A DNA stretch of 64,000 nucleotides from Prochlorococcus sp. AG-388-E21 (GTDB lineage: Bacteria > Cyanobacteriota > Cyanobacteriia > PCC-6307 > Cyanobiaceae), in contig QCGO01000005.1 of assembly GCA_003279855.1 (NCBI GenBank), positions 31,190 through 95,189 of the forward strand. The letters are read 5' to 3'. The first letter of the stretch is position 1, and each line of letters opens with the position of its first letter. This document shows, one piece after another, positions 11,355 through 22,838 of this stretch. The position numbers and the translations under genes were made by a program. The notes below the pieces were generated by a model, which saw nothing but the letters and a program-made list of their open reading frames with translations, did not search any database and was not told the origin of the DNA.

Positions 11355-12747
11355 TTGTTTTGGCAAGAAAAATTTGCTTCACTAAAGATTTAAATTTAAG
11401 TTGAATCTCTTCAATTTCTTTATCAGAGATGGAACCTTTTACCAACCCTGAACCAGCCGTAAATTCTAGATTTTGGTCAATATAACGTGCTCCTCTTATA
11501 GCTACTCTGAATTCTGAATTCCCTTCAGAATCTACCCACCCAATTGGCGAAGCATAATTTCCTCTAGAAAATGATTCAAGTGTGTTTATCCAATTCATTG
11601 CTTCCTTTTTAGGCGATCCACAGACTGCTGGAGATGGATGCAAAACTCTAAGCAAGTCAAAAGGGCATATATTATTAACTCTAGAATATACCAAAGTTTG
11701 TAAATGAGAAATATCTCCAAAAGAAGTTACCTTTAACAAACTTTTTGTATAGTTATTAATCTTTAAAACTTCTAAAGATTTAATTAAATACTGTATTACA
11801 TAATTATGCTCTTGTATATCCTTAGAGCTTTCCATAAGATAATCCGGATTTAAATCACTTGATACTGTTCCAGCAATAGCCTCTAAAACCAAATCAGGCT
11901 TCATAAAAGAAAATAATTTTTCTGGCGATGCTCCAAATGTAATATCTTTGCTATTTCTCCTCCAAACATATCTACAAGTATTTGGTTGATTAGTTTTTAA
12001 TTTTCTCAAAATATTTATTAAATTTAATTTATTTTTAAAGTCAATTTTGACTCTTGAAGCTAAAACTATCTTGTCAAGATTATCTTCGTCTACTAATTGA
12101 ATTCCCTTATTTATTAATTGCTTGAGATTATTATTTGATAACTCTAAAGAATTCAAAAAATAATTGATCGAAGGATGATCAAAACTTTTTTTACTTTTGT
12201 GATTATTTGAATTTAAAATCTGATCCCTTATTGACCATAGTTCTTCAATTAATGACCTCAAAGAAGATTTACAATCGACATGCGCATTTATTCTTAACCA
12301 ACAATTATTTTTATTTTTAATAATTAATATTTTAGGTAAAATGGCCTCTAAACCAGGGACATCAAGCAAAGAATATTTTTTATTTAGATTCTCTGAAAAA
12401 GAAAAAAAATAAATTATTTTTGAAAGGGCAGAGGTACTCGATTCATCCGTCAAATTTATTAGATTATTAAAGTTCTCAGAGCTAAAGTCTTTCGCTACTT
12501 TAAATTTTTTAGGTCCTTCTAAAGTTAGATATTTACATTTCTCAAGAGCTATATATGACATTTTATTATCCTCATCCCAAAAAGAAGAAAAAGAATATTT
12601 ATCAATAAAAAATTCGTATACATCAAATAAATCAACACAAGGTATCTCGATACAAATACTTACTAATCCGGAATTTACCCCTTTCTTATCGAAATTGGAA
12701 AAAACGCCTTTTAAAAAATCTGAAAAGTTTAAATTATTTTTCATCAC
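11347..12747 (-). CDS. menF: Isochorismate synthase
   Basis: [39 protein letters not shown]; adjacent to men genes. Confidence 0.9.
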   Translation of the reverse strand: MMKNNLNFSDFLKGVFSNFDKKGVNSGLVSICIEIPCVDLFDVYEFFIDKYSFSSFWDEDNKMSYIALEKCKYLTLEGPKKFKVAKDFSSENFNNLINLTDESSTSALSKIIYFFSFSENLNKKYSLLDVPGLEAILPKILIIKNKNNCWLRINAHVDCKSSLRSLIEELWSIRDQILNSNNHKSKKSFDHPSINYFLNSLELSNNNLKQLINKGIQLVDEDNLDKIVLASRVKIDFKNKLNLINILRKLKTNQPNTCRYVWRRNSKDITFGASPEKLFSFMKPDLVLEAIAGTVSSDLNPDYLMESSKDIQEHNYVIQYLIKSLEVLKINNYTKSLLKVTSFGDISHLQTLVYSRVNNICPFDLLRVLHPSPAVCGSPKKEAMNWINTLESFSRGNYASPIGWVDSEGNSEFRVAIRGARYIDQNLEFTAGSGLVKGSISDKEIEEIQLKFKSLVKQIFLAKTTK

Positions 12748-12845
12748 TTATTGAAAATAACTAAAAATCATGCATTAAAGTAAAAAATGTAACTCAATTT
12801 ATAAACTATATTTAATAATTATAGTTTTTCTTAACTGCATTAATA

Positions 12846-13763
12846 ATGAATGAAAGAAATAAAAGTCTATGGAAACAAGCAATAAAATGGCCTCTTTATT
12901 CAGTAGCAATTTTACCAGTTTTTATTTCAGGAGCTTATACGCTCAACTCTTTCAAAAATGTCAAAATATCTAATTTTATAGCATTCACAATCGCTGCAAT
13001 ATTAATACTAATTTGGGAAAATCTAACTAATGATTTATTTGATTCAGAAACAGGAATTGATGAATTTAAATTTCATTCCATTGTAAATCTTGTGCGAAAT
13101 AAAACAATAGTTTCAATTACCGCTTATACATCTCTATTAATTGGACTGTTATTAATTGCCATTATTTCAATTTCGACGAGCATAAATGTAATGATATTAG
13201 TAGGCGCTTGCTGCTTCTTGGGATATTTATATCAAGGACCACCTTTCCGTTTGGGCTACCAAGGTTTAGGAGAACCATTATGTTGGTTAGCTTTTGGCCC
13301 CTTAGCATACTCTGCTGCTTTAATTGCTTTAAATCCATCAGATATATATATGATTTCTATTCCGTGGAAAGAGTCATTATTTCTTGGTTCAGGATCCTCA
13401 TTGGCAACCACACTAGTACTTTTTTGCTCTCATTTTCATCAAATCAAAGAAGATAAAGAACATGGTAAAAATTCACCTTTAGTTCGTTTAGGAGCGAAAA
13501 GAGGAGCTAAAATTATTCCTTGGATAGTTTTTATAATTTATGTTTTCCAACTTTTTATAATAATTAATGGATTTATTCCGATATTTTGTGTTCTTTTTCT
13601 TATAAGTTTTCCTCAATCATTAAAGCTTATAACTTTGTTGAAATATTCATATAACAAACCTGAATCTATAAAAAATTGTAAATTTATTGCTATCAAATTC
13701 CAAACTCTAAATGGAATTGGATTAATAGCAGGATTTATCTTAGATTACTTGATTTATAAATGA
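12846..13763 (+). CDS. menA: DHNA phytyl/octaprenyltransferase (UbiA family)
   Basis: NDLFDSETGIDE, YQGPPFRLGYQGLGE, DKEHGKNS; multi-TM. Confidence 0.92.
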   Translation: MNERNKSLWKQAIKWPLYSVAILPVFISGAYTLNSFKNVKISNFIAFTIAAILILIWENLTNDLFDSETGIDEFKFHSIVNLVRNKTIVSITAYTSLLIGLLLIAIISISTSINVMILVGACCFLGYLYQGPPFRLGYQGLGEPLCWLAFGPLAYSAALIALNPSDIYMISIPWKESLFLGSGSSLATTLVLFCSHFHQIKEDKEHGKNSPLVRLGAKRGAKIIPWIVFIIYVFQLFIIINGFIPIFCVLFLISFPQSLKLITLLKYSYNKPESIKNCKFIAIKFQTLNGIGLIAGFILDYLIYK

Positions 13764-14725
13764 ACTTAACTTTTAAAAAAAAATCTTTTTTCTTTAAATT
13801 ATCTTCGAAAGTGGATAATTCAAATACAACATATAATTATAAATCTGGGTGGATAATTAAATTAAAAAATACGGAAAAGGGAGTTGGTTTTGGAGAAGTA
13901 AATCCTTTAAGAAAACAAGATTTAGATTCATGTCAAATACAATTAAATCAGATTCCCAAATACTTAACTTCAAAAAATATATCTGAGTTAATAAAGAATT
14001 TTCACCCGTGCATTCAATCAGCAATAAACTCTGCATTAGCTGAAATTGAAAGAAAAATAAATTTCCATGAAAATTATTACTTTAATGAAATTAATCAAAC
14101 AGCTGTACTTTTAGATCCTCATAACGCTCTTAAAGAATTAATAATCTTAAAAGGTAATAAACTTTTGAATGAGAAATCACTCACTATTAAATGGAAAGTA
14201 GGCATACAAGATAATGCCTCCGAAGAAAAAACTCTAATGGAGATACTAAATCATTTAAGAAGTAATATAAAATTAAGAATAGATGCTAATGGTTCTTGGA
14301 AAAGAGAAATAGCTAATAGATGGGTTGATATTTTGAAAGATATTGAAAATATAGATTGGCTAGAACAACCTCTTTCTACAGATGATATAGAGGGTTTAAG
14401 AGAACTTAATAAAAGGATGCCAATTGCTTTAGATGAATCACTATTAAAATATCCATATTTGATTAATGAATGGGATGGTTGGCAAATTAGAAGACCTTCT
14501 CAAGAAAGAAATCCTATGCATCTTTTAAATGAGTTAAAAGATAAAAAAGGTTTTATATCCTTAAGCACTTCTTTCGAGACAGGAATAGGCAGAAGATGGC
14601 TTTTTCATTTATCCTCTTTACAGCTATTGGGACAAACTCCCAAAGTTCCTGGTTTGGCTATGAAAAAAAATCCTAATTCTTTTCTTTTCCTAAATGATGC
14701 TCAAAAGATATGGGATCAACTATGA
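13760..14725 (+). CDS. menC: o-Succinylbenzoate synthase (enolase superfamily)
   Basis: KWKVG, RIDANG, LEQP, LDES catalytic/metal motifs; ATGA overlap with menA. Confidence 0.88.
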   Translation: MNLTFKKKSFFFKLSSKVDNSNTTYNYKSGWIIKLKNTEKGVGFGEVNPLRKQDLDSCQIQLNQIPKYLTSKNISELIKNFHPCIQSAINSALAEIERKINFHENYYFNEINQTAVLLDPHNALKELIILKGNKLLNEKSLTIKWKVGIQDNASEEKTLMEILNHLRSNIKLRIDANGSWKREIANRWVDILKDIENIDWLEQPLSTDDIEGLRELNKRMPIALDESLLKYPYLINEWDGWQIRRPSQERNPMHLLNELKDKKGFISLSTSFETGIGRRWLFHLSSLQLLGQTPKVPGLAMKKNPNSFLFLNDAQKIWDQL

Positions 14726-15918
14726 AAAATAAAATTCATATTATTGAAGTTAAAAATAATGAAAAAGAATCTGTAAAAAAAATTCTTGCAAATATAAACG
14801 ATAAAAAAATAACCTATATAAAAAATAAATATTATAAAAATGATGAAATATTAGAGACTATTGATATAACTGGACCTGCAATTATCTTAAATAGTAGTGG
14901 CAGTAGTGGAAAGCCTAGAAAATGCATACATAGTTTAGAAAATCTAAATTCGTCTGCTAAGGCATCTGGAATTTGGCTTGAAAAGCAAGGATTTAAATTA
15001 CAAAACTGTTTAATTTTTAATACTTTACCTTTGAATCATATCAGTGGATTAATGCCACTATTTAGAAGCAAAATATGGAATTGTGATTATATCAATATTT
15101 CTCCTAAATTAATTAAAAAAACCAAGGAATTATTAGTATTTACTAATGAGATAAAAAAAGAAAATCAACATCTCATAACATCATTAGTTCCAACACAATT
15201 AAAAAGACTTTTATCTGAAAAAAATGGAATTGATTGGTTAAAGATTTTTGATTTAATTTGGATTGGTGGTGCATCTATATCTAATGAAACTTCTCGCAAG
15301 TGCAGACTAGAAAAAATAAATTTAGCACCCTGTTATGGATCAACTGAAACTGCTGCCATGGTTACAAGCTTAAAACCTAAGGAATTTTTAGAAGGAATTG
15401 ATAATGTTGGAGAAATACTATGTGATATAAATTTAAGAATTAGTAAAAAGGGTTTAATCCAAATCAAATCAGAAAGAATAGGAATCGAATTGCTTGAACC
15501 TTCTAAAACTAAAAAATTCAAAAATAACAATGGTTGGTGGGAAAGCAGTGATTTGGGCGAGATCCAAGAATTGAATAATTCTTCTTATTTAAAATTTATT
15601 AGCAGAATAGATAATGCTTTTAATTCTGGAGGTGAAATAGTTTTTCCAGAAGTTATTAAATTACGATTAAGTGAATTTATCTCAAATGAAACAATTCCAG
15701 TAGAAAATTTTATGATTTCAAATATACCTAATAAAGAATGGGGAAATAAAATTGAAATCATCATTGATTTTAAAAAACAAACTAGTAAAACAGATATTGA
15801 ATATTCATTAAAACTATTAAAAAACTTTTCTAAAAATTGGCCAAAACATGAGAGGCCTGAAACCTGGATTATTGATAAAAATCAATCAAAAAAATCTAAT
15901 TTCATATTTAAAAAATAG
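14710..15918 (+). CDS. menE: o-Succinylbenzoate--CoA ligase
   Basis: SSGSSGKPR AMP-binding loop, PLNHISG, YGSTET, SSDLG, SGGE. Confidence 0.85.
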   Translation: MGSTMKNKIHIIEVKNNEKESVKKILANINDKKITYIKNKYYKNDEILETIDITGPAIILNSSGSSGKPRKCIHSLENLNSSAKASGIWLEKQGFKLQNCLIFNTLPLNHISGLMPLFRSKIWNCDYINISPKLIKKTKELLVFTNEIKKENQHLITSLVPTQLKRLLSEKNGIDWLKIFDLIWIGGASISNETSRKCRLEKINLAPCYGSTETAAMVTSLKPKEFLEGIDNVGEILCDINLRISKKGLIQIKSERIGIELLEPSKTKKFKNNNGWWESSDLGEIQELNNSSYLKFISRIDNAFNSGGEIVFPEVIKLRLSEFISNETIPVENFMISNIPNKEWGNKIEIIIDFKKQTSKTDIEYSLKLLKNFSKNWPKHERPETWIIDKNQSKKSNFIFKK

Positions 15919-15931
15919 TAACTCATGATAA

Positions 15932-16384
15932 TTAACACTCTTTTAAATTCGTATTTATATTGGAAGCCTCTATCCACCGCTCCAGTTGATCAGGTAATTT
16001 AACTTTCAATTTTGAATCAACATCTAAAGAACAATGGATAATTTTTCCTTCAGCGACATTAATTTCATCCTTTAAAAAAAGTGTATTTACTTGAAATAAG
16101 TGATTATTAATTTTTTTTGGGAATAACTTAATTGAAAGTAAATCGCCAATCTTAATAGGTGATAAAAAATTGGCTTCGCAGTTAACTATGGGGCATATAA
16201 TTTGATTTTCATGGGAATTAGCATCTGGGAAAATATCCTGATGAGGAATACCATATTTATCTATACTTTCTTCCCAACTTTCATGAGCCCATCTTAAAAG
16301 GTTATGAAAATGTATCACTCCTGCAGAGTCACAATCACCAAACCTTACTTTCCTTTTTAAAATCAACCAATTATTAGGTTTCAT
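15932..16384 (-). CDS. 1,4-dihydroxy-2-naphthoyl-CoA thioesterase (hot-dog fold)
   Basis: [14 protein letters not shown] 4HBT-type motif; convergent with menE. Confidence 0.82.
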   Translation of the reverse strand: MKPNNWLILKRKVRFGDCDSAGVIHFHNLLRWAHESWEESIDKYGIPHQDIFPDANSHENQIICPIVNCEANFLSPIKIGDLLSIKLFPKKINNHLFQVNTLFLKDEINVAEGKIIHCSLDVDSKLKVKLPDQLERWIEASNINTNLKEC

Positions 16385-16393
16385 TAAAAGCTT

Positions 16394-17581
16394 TTACCTG
16401 TCTACAGAACCCATAATGACGTCTATTGAGCCAAGGATTGCCATAATATCAGCTATCTTTGCTCCCTTTAGAATATGAGGCAATATTTGAAGATTATTTA
16501 AATCAGCAGCTCTAATTTTAAATCTCCATGGTGTAACTTCATTATTTCCTTGAATAAAAACTCCTATTTCACCTTTCCCAGATTCTAATCTTGTATATAG
16601 TTCTCCGTTCGGGATTTTAAAAGTTGGCGCAACTTTCTTAGCTACATATTGATAATCCATACCAAATATTTCACTTTTTTTATCCTCTGTAGCCATACGT
16701 TTAGCTTCTAAATTTTCTGTTGGGCCTCCAGGAATCATTTCGCAAGCTTGACGAATAATTTTTAATGATTCTCTCATTTCTTGAACTCTTACTCGATATC
16801 TGGCATAACAATCACCTTCTTTTTCTGAAGCAATTTCCCATTCAAAATCGTCATAACATTCATAACTATCAACTTTTCTCAAATCCCAAGAGACTCCAGA
16901 GGCCCTAAGCATTGGTCCAGAAAGTGACCAATTAATTGCTTGATCTCTTTCTATAGTTCCAAGCCCTTCAATTCGTTTTTTGAATATAGGATTATTTGTT
17001 ATTAGTTTTTCATATTCATCAATCTTTGGAGCAAACCAATCACAAAAATCAATGCATTTTTCTAACCATCCATAAGGCAAATCACAAGCCACACCTCCTA
17101 TTCTAAAAAAATTATTATTTATCAATCTTTGTCCAGTAGCAGCTTCCCAAAGGTCATAAATCATTTCTCTTTCTCTAAAGATATAAAAGAATGGAGTTTG
17201 AGCTCCTACATCTGCTAGAAATGGACCTAGCCATAAAAGATGATTTGCAATTCTATTGAGCTCCAACATTAAAACTCTTATATAACTGGCCCTTTTGGGT
17301 ACAACAATATTCGCCAATCTTTCTGGTGCATTTACTACAATAGCTTCATAAAACATTCCGGCTGCATAATCCATTCTGCTTACATAAGGTACATACATAA
17401 CGTTTGTCCTGTTTTCAGCTATCTTTTCCATGCCTCTATGCAAATATCCAATTACAGGCTCACAATCTATTACATTCTCGCCGTCAAGGGTTACAACTAA
17501 CCTTAAAACTCCATGCATAGATGGATGATGAGGGCCAAAGTTGACCACCATCGGTTCTGTTCTAGTCTCTAGTTGAGCCAT
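16394..17581 (-). CDS. ndhH: NAD(P)H-quinone oxidoreductase subunit H
   Basis: [24 protein letters not shown], terminal MGSVDR. Confidence 0.98.
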   Translation of the reverse strand: MAQLETRTEPMVVNFGPHHPSMHGVLRLVVTLDGENVIDCEPVIGYLHRGMEKIAENRTNVMYVPYVSRMDYAAGMFYEAIVVNAPERLANIVVPKRASYIRVLMLELNRIANHLLWLGPFLADVGAQTPFFYIFREREMIYDLWEAATGQRLINNNFFRIGGVACDLPYGWLEKCIDFCDWFAPKIDEYEKLITNNPIFKKRIEGLGTIERDQAINWSLSGPMLRASGVSWDLRKVDSYECYDDFEWEIASEKEGDCYARYRVRVQEMRESLKIIRQACEMIPGGPTENLEAKRMATEDKKSEIFGMDYQYVAKKVAPTFKIPNGELYTRLESGKGEIGVFIQGNNEVTPWRFKIRAADLNNLQILPHILKGAKIADIMAILGSIDVIMGSVDR

Positions 17582-17619
17582 TAATAATTTAACCTCTATT
17601 TAAATCTTAGTAGAAAGTT

Positions 17620-18522
17620 ATGCAAACTGACCTTTCTGATTCATCTTTATTCAATCATAAGTCAGTGATGACAGATGAAATTTTAGTTTCTATAAATCAA
17701 TATCCATTAATATCAGGGAATAAACTAACAGGGATAGATGCAACTTTAGGTGGTGGTGGACACTCGTATCAATTATTAAAAAAATATCCTGATTTAAAAA
17801 TAATTGGATTAGATCACGATCCATTCGCAAGGAAGTCAGCATTATTTAAGCTTGAAGAATTTAAATCGAGGATTGAAATATGTCCCTCAAATTTTGCGAA
17901 CTTTGAGCCGAAAGAAAAAGTTTCTTTTGTAATAGCAGATCTTGGAGTCAATAGTAATCAGATAGATAACCCACAAAGAGGATTCAGTTTTCAAAAAGAT
18001 GGGCCTTTAGATATGAGAATGAATCCCTTACTCGAGATGAATGCAGAGAACTTAATTGAAACTTTAAGTGAAAAAGATCTGGCTGATTTAATTTTTAAAT
18101 TTGGTGATGAAAGATTATCACGAAAGATTTCTAGGAGAATCAAAAAAGATTTAAAAGAAAAAGGCAAATATTCGGGTACAAAAGATTTAGCCTATTCTAT
18201 TGCTGGTTGTTTCCCACCCAAGCAAAGATATCGAAAAATTCATCCTGCGACTAGAACATTCCAAGCACTAAGAATTGCTGTAAATAAAGAAATCGAATCA
18301 TTAGAAAGATTCTTAGATATTTCTCCAGATTGGCTATTACCTGGGGGAATAATTTCAATTATTAGCTTTCATTCAATAGAAGATCGGCTGGTAAAAAATT
18401 TTTTTAAGGGTGATGAAAGATTAAAAAATCTCACAAAAAAACCGATTACACCAAATGAAAAAGAAATTGAAATTAATAAGAGATCTCGAAGCGCAAAATT
18501 AAGAATTGCTCAATTAAAATAG
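17620..18522 (+). CDS. rsmH: 16S rRNA m4C1402 methyltransferase
   Basis: HKSVM, DATLGGGGHS, DLGVNSNQID, PLDMRM, HPATRTFQALRI, RSRSAKLR. Confidence 0.95.
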   Translation: MQTDLSDSSLFNHKSVMTDEILVSINQYPLISGNKLTGIDATLGGGGHSYQLLKKYPDLKIIGLDHDPFARKSALFKLEEFKSRIEICPSNFANFEPKEKVSFVIADLGVNSNQIDNPQRGFSFQKDGPLDMRMNPLLEMNAENLIETLSEKDLADLIFKFGDERLSRKISRRIKKDLKEKGKYSGTKDLAYSIAGCFPPKQRYRKIHPATRTFQALRIAVNKEIESLERFLDISPDWLLPGGIISIISFHSIEDRLVKNFFKGDERLKNLTKKPITPNEKEIEINKRSRSAKLRIAQLK

Positions 18523-18530
18523 TTAAGATC

Positions 18531-19679
18531 TCAGCGTAATAATTTAATAGAATCTGTTATTATCTCAATTGATTTTTCTATATCTTCTGTGGTAGTCATC
18601 AATCCAATACTTAATCTTAATGAAGCCTCCGCTTCTTTAAAAGATCTTCCTAAAGCGAGTAATACATGCGAAGGCTCACCATTACTACACGCTGAACCAC
18701 TAGAACAGATTATTTTAGATTTCAAACTTTTATGCAATTTTGAACCGTTAACATCAAGTACAGTCAGATTCAAATTATGAGGTAGTCTTTCTTTCATTGA
18801 CCCATTAATTTCCACTCCAGAATTATTATCTAATAATCCCTTCAAAAGTTTATCTCTATGAAAAAGAAAATTCTGAATATTCTTTTTTTGATTTAAAACT
18901 GCTATTTCAATTGCTTTAGTTAAACCTACTATCAAAGGTAATGGCAATGTCCCTGATCTTAAACCAAATTCTTGTCCTCCTCCTAAAACTAAAGGCTGCA
19001 GCTCAATATCTCTATCAATCAAAAGTATACCTACCCCTTTAGGACCATATATTTTATGGGAGCTTATTGTTAACATATTTGCTACTGAGTCAAGGCTATC
19101 AAACTCCAGAAAACCTAAACATTGAGCATAATCAGAATGGAGAATTATATCTCTTGAACTACATATTTCTGAAATTACTTTCAAAGGCTGAACAACACCT
19201 ATTTCGTTATTTGCCATCATGATACTTACCAAAAATGTATCATCTCTTATACAGCTAACAAACTTTTCTTCGGAAATTAAACCATCTTGTTCTGGACTAA
19301 TTTCAGTAATATGAAATCCCTCTTTTCTTAATTGATCTAGGGGCTCTAATACAGCTTTATGCTCGGTTTTTAAAGTAATAATATGACCATAATTTTCTGT
19401 TTCTATATAATGTTTCCTTGCAAAACCCAGCAAAGCCAAATTATTAGATTCTGTTGCTCCACTAGTAAAAATTACTTTCTTTTTTTTTAGAAATAAATTT
19501 TCTTGTATTTTTTCTCTTGAGACTTCTAATATGGCACTTGCATTAATGCCTGCTAAATTTGATTTACTCGAGGGATTAGAAAATATTTCACTCCAATAAG
19601 GTGCCATAGAATTTACAACATCCTCTAAACAAGGGGTTGAGGATTGATAATCTAGTAGTATGGGAGTTGTAAGCATCAT
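18531..19679 (-). CDS. iscS: Cysteine desulfurase (IscS/NifS family)
   Basis: FTSGATESNN, SSHKIYGPKG (PLP lysine), CSSGSAC catalytic Cys. Confidence 0.88.
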   Translation of the reverse strand: MMLTTPILLDYQSSTPCLEDVVNSMAPYWSEIFSNPSSKSNLAGINASAILEVSREKIQENLFLKKKKVIFTSGATESNNLALLGFARKHYIETENYGHIITLKTEHKAVLEPLDQLRKEGFHITEISPEQDGLISEEKFVSCIRDDTFLVSIMMANNEIGVVQPLKVISEICSSRDIILHSDYAQCLGFLEFDSLDSVANMLTISSHKIYGPKGVGILLIDRDIELQPLVLGGGQEFGLRSGTLPLPLIVGLTKAIEIAVLNQKKNIQNFLFHRDKLLKGLLDNNSGVEINGSMKERLPHNLNLTVLDVNGSKLHKSLKSKIICSSGSACSNGEPSHVLLALGRSFKEAEASLRLSIGLMTTTEDIEKSIEIITDSIKLLR

Positions 19680-19734
19680 ATTTAGTATATAAAATTATTA
19701 TTAGGCTAAAGAAAATTAAATTCAAAATTAAAAA

Positions 19735-20463
19735 ATGAATGACACTAATCAAATAAATAATGAAGTAATTAAAAAATCAAAAATTTTGTTGGTAGATGAT
19801 GAGCCAGGTTTAAGAACAGCTGTAAAAACATTTCTCGAAGACGAAGGATTTGAAATTTTTATTGCGGTTGACGGAGAGGATGGATGGGAAAAAGCTCAAA
19901 CAATTTTCCCAGATCTAATTATTAGCGATATTATGATGCCGAGATCAAATGGTTATGCTTTATTAGAAAAAATAAGAGGAGATGAAAAGCTGGGAGGAAC
20001 TCCAGTTATTTTTCTGACAGCAAAGGGAATGACTTTAGACAGAACCCAAGGATATCTTGCAGGTATTGATGATTATATTGCTAAACCCTTTGATCCAGAT
20101 GAATTATCTGCAAGAGTTAAAAATGTTATTAATAGGCAAGAGCGATTACTCAAAGAAGCAGCCCGATTTGCTGATATTGATGTTAGTAAAATGGCAAAAC
20201 AGATCACTGAAATAAAATCTATGCTTACAGATCAGAATCCACTCAATCAAGAAAATTCTATAGATATTCCAAGTTTTACTCCAAGAGAAGCAAGCGTACT
20301 TCAACTTGTAGCAGAAGGCCTTATGAATAAAGAAATTGCCAGAAAACTTGAAACCTCTATTAGAAATGTTGAAAAATATGTGAGCAGGCTTTTTATCAAA
20401 ACAAGTACATCTAGCAGAACCGAATTAGTCCGTTATGCACTTGAAAATCACCTAGTAAAGTAA
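19735..20463 (+). CDS. ycf29: NarL/LuxR-family response regulator (Ycf29/Rre1-like)
   Basis: Receiver LLVDDEP..SDIMMP..FLTAK..YIAKPF; LuxR HTH TPREASVLQLVAEGLMNKEIA. Confidence 0.8.
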   Translation: MNDTNQINNEVIKKSKILLVDDEPGLRTAVKTFLEDEGFEIFIAVDGEDGWEKAQTIFPDLIISDIMMPRSNGYALLEKIRGDEKLGGTPVIFLTAKGMTLDRTQGYLAGIDDYIAKPFDPDELSARVKNVINRQERLLKEAARFADIDVSKMAKQITEIKSMLTDQNPLNQENSIDIPSFTPREASVLQLVAEGLMNKEIARKLETSIRNVEKYVSRLFIKTSTSSRTELVRYALENHLVK

Positions 20464-20464
20464 T

Positions 20465-21166
20465 TTATTTTACTTTCTTAAATTCAATTAATTTGGAAAA
20501 ATAAAATGGAGCTTGATTTAATTTCTTTTGAACTACAATAAAACCTTTTTCATTAGCAGCATTAATAATCCCTTTTTCTCTTAATGTATAAGCTCTAGTA
20601 GTTTTACTGGGGCCGGGAAATAACTTTCCAATATTCTTTAACATTGCCAATATTGGTGTATAAGGGGCAAAACTAACTATTAGCTTCTCTTTACTCAAGT
20701 CACATAAATGTCTGACCATTTCTTCAGCGACTGGTTGCGGGTAATGAATAAATACATCTAAACAAATGACAACATCAAATAATCCTTTTAACTTTTCAAG
20801 ATCACTAGTTAAAAATTTAATTTTTCTTTGACTTAAACCTAATTCATTGATACGTTTCTTTGTTTCTTTAATCATTTCAGAAGATATGTCACTAACCTGC
20901 AAATCTTTAATACCAAGTCTTAATAAAGGAATAGCTAAACTTCCCACACCGCAACCAGCATCACAAAAAGTCTTAGTTGTTAATTCAGGATAATTTTTTA
21001 CGTATGAAACGACATCATCGACAGTCTTTTGATGACCTTTTCTAATATTTTTCTGCACTGTATTGATTTCTTCTGATTTACTATAAATTTTTCTCCATCG
21101 ATCAAAACCGGTTCCATTGAAATACTCCCTAACTTCGCTTTTTTCGAGATTTTTATTAGACGTCAT
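20465..21166 (-). CDS. chlM: Mg-protoporphyrin IX methyltransferase
   Basis: EYFNGTGFDRW, DAGCGVG SAM motif, CLDVFIHYP, FAPYT. Confidence 0.94.
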   Translation of the reverse strand: MTSNKNLEKSEVREYFNGTGFDRWRKIYSKSEEINTVQKNIRKGHQKTVDDVVSYVKNYPELTTKTFCDAGCGVGSLAIPLLRLGIKDLQVSDISSEMIKETKKRINELGLSQRKIKFLTSDLEKLKGLFDVVICLDVFIHYPQPVAEEMVRHLCDLSKEKLIVSFAPYTPILAMLKNIGKLFPGPSKTTRAYTLREKGIINAANEKGFIVVQKKLNQAPFYFSKLIEFKKVK

Positions 21167-21257
21167 AACAATTCATACAAAATTAGTCTTTTTAATACTA
21201 ACTAACTAGCGCACAAGTAATTGCACGTCATTATAAGAAAAGAATTGATTTGTTATT

Positions 21258-21794
21258 TTGTCAGAATTTAATTCCAGCAATATTTATAAAATTGCTGTAG
21301 TAATGGGAAGTGATTCAGATCTAAAAACTTTGAAACCTGCAATAGACATATTAAATGAATTTGAAATAGAAAATGAGGTTCGTATACTTTCTGCACATCG
21401 AACACCAATGGAAATGATGGAATATGCAAAAAAAGCAGAATCAGAAAACATAAAAGTTATTATCGCAGGAGCCGGTGGGGCTGCTCATCTGCCTGGAATG
21501 ATAGCTTCGCTAACATGCATTCCTGTCATAGGTGTGCCGGTAGAGAGTAAAACTTTGCGAGGAATTGACTCCCTATTATCAATAGTGCAAATGCCCGCGG
21601 GGATTCCCGTAGCAACAGTGGCCATAAACGGCGCAAAAAATGCTAGTTTATTAGCAATTCAAATCCTTAGTTTATTTGATGAAGCTTTAAGAGTAAAAAT
21701 GAAAAAATATAGAGATAATCTCCATAAACAAGTGAGATCTAAAAATAAAAAGTTGTCTGATCTAGGGGCCGATAATTACCAGAAAAATGACTAA
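21258..21794 (+). CDS. purE: N5-CAIR mutase
   Basis: [38 protein letters not shown]. Confidence 0.96.
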   Translation: MSEFNSSNIYKIAVVMGSDSDLKTLKPAIDILNEFEIENEVRILSAHRTPMEMMEYAKKAESENIKVIIAGAGGAAHLPGMIASLTCIPVIGVPVESKTLRGIDSLLSIVQMPAGIPVATVAINGAKNASLLAIQILSLFDEALRVKMKKYRDNLHKQVRSKNKKLSDLGADNYQKND

Positions 21795-21808
21795 AGATAT
21801 TTTTATAA

Positions 21809-22435
21809 TTAAATCCTTTCAATTAGATTCTGTTCTCTAAGATAATTAATAACTTCTTCAACAGAATCATTTAAATTTAAAGAACCTGTATCAACTACTA
21901 TCTCTGGATTTAAAGGTGCCTCATATGGACTAGATATTCCGGTAAATTCTTTAATTTCTCCCAAACGTGCCTTTTTATATAAACCTTTAGTATCTCTACT
22001 CTCACATACATCAATATCAGCAGAGCAATATACTTCAATAAAATCCTTTGATCCAATAATTTTTCTAACCTTATTTCTATCTTTAATGAAAGGGGAGACG
22101 AATGCTGTAATCGTTATGATTCCTGCATTCATGAATAAATTAGCTACTTCACCTATTCTTCTTATGTTTTCTTCTCTATCTTCATCAGAAAATCCAAGAT
22201 CCTTGCATAAACCATGTCTAATATTATCTCCATCTAGTACATAAGTTGATAACCCATCCAAATGTAAAACCTCGTTTACAGCATTGGCTAAGGTACTTTT
22301 CCCAGACCCTGATAAACCTGTAAACCAAATTACCATTCCTTTATGTCCTCTCATTTTTTCTAACTTATTTCTATCAATAGTTAAATTGTGCCATTTTATA
22401 TTTTTTCCTGAATTTTTCTGATTTAGTTCCGTCAT
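21809..22435 (-). CDS. cysC: Adenylyl-sulfate kinase
   Basis: WFTGLSGSGKST, LDGDNIRHGL, FTGISSPYEAP. Confidence 0.96.
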   Translation of the reverse strand: MTELNQKNSGKNIKWHNLTIDRNKLEKMRGHKGMVIWFTGLSGSGKSTLANAVNEVLHLDGLSTYVLDGDNIRHGLCKDLGFSDEDREENIRRIGEVANLFMNAGIITITAFVSPFIKDRNKVRKIIGSKDFIEVYCSADIDVCESRDTKGLYKKARLGEIKEFTGISSPYEAPLNPEIVVDTGSLNLNDSVEEVINYLREQNLIERI

Positions 22436-22478
22436 CTTTTTATGTTTCTAATAGTAGAAATCTATTTTAACTCTTGAC

Positions 22479-22790
22479 TCATAAATTTTGAAATCCTTCT
22501 TTGCGAAGAAACTCAATTGATTTTTTTACCATATCACCTTGTAATTGAATATCTTCACCTATTAAAGTTCCTCCAGTACCACAAAATACTTTCATTTTTT
22601 TTAGTAATTCCTTAACTTCTATTTCATTTCTAATGGATAAACCTTTTATTAAAGTAATAGTTTTTCCTTTTTTACCTTTTTTTTGTTTTGAGATATTTAT
22701 TTTTGATATTTTTTGAAAATTCTCTTCTTTAGGTTTATCTTTATAAATATTTTCCTGATTATCAAATTCAATCCAATTTTTTTTTCCCAT
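22479..22790 (-). CDS. SUI1/YciH family translation factor
   Basis: KKGKKGKTITLI, LKKMKVFCGTGGT, IQLQGD. Confidence 0.85.
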   Translation of the reverse strand: MGKKNWIEFDNQENIYKDKPKEENFQKISKINISKQKKGKKGKTITLIKGLSIRNEIEVKELLKKMKVFCGTGGTLIGEDIQLQGDMVKKSIEFLRKEGFQNL

Positions 22791-22838
22791 TATTTTTTAT
22801 ATAATCTATAGTTAGTTCATACTTATACTATAAAAAAA

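Noticed and set aside
7453-18780. Short nested ORFs 7453-7644, 13208-13456, 15333-15530 and 18589-18780
   Set aside because: Opposite-strand or alternate-frame ORFs inside well-supported genes, with no motifs.
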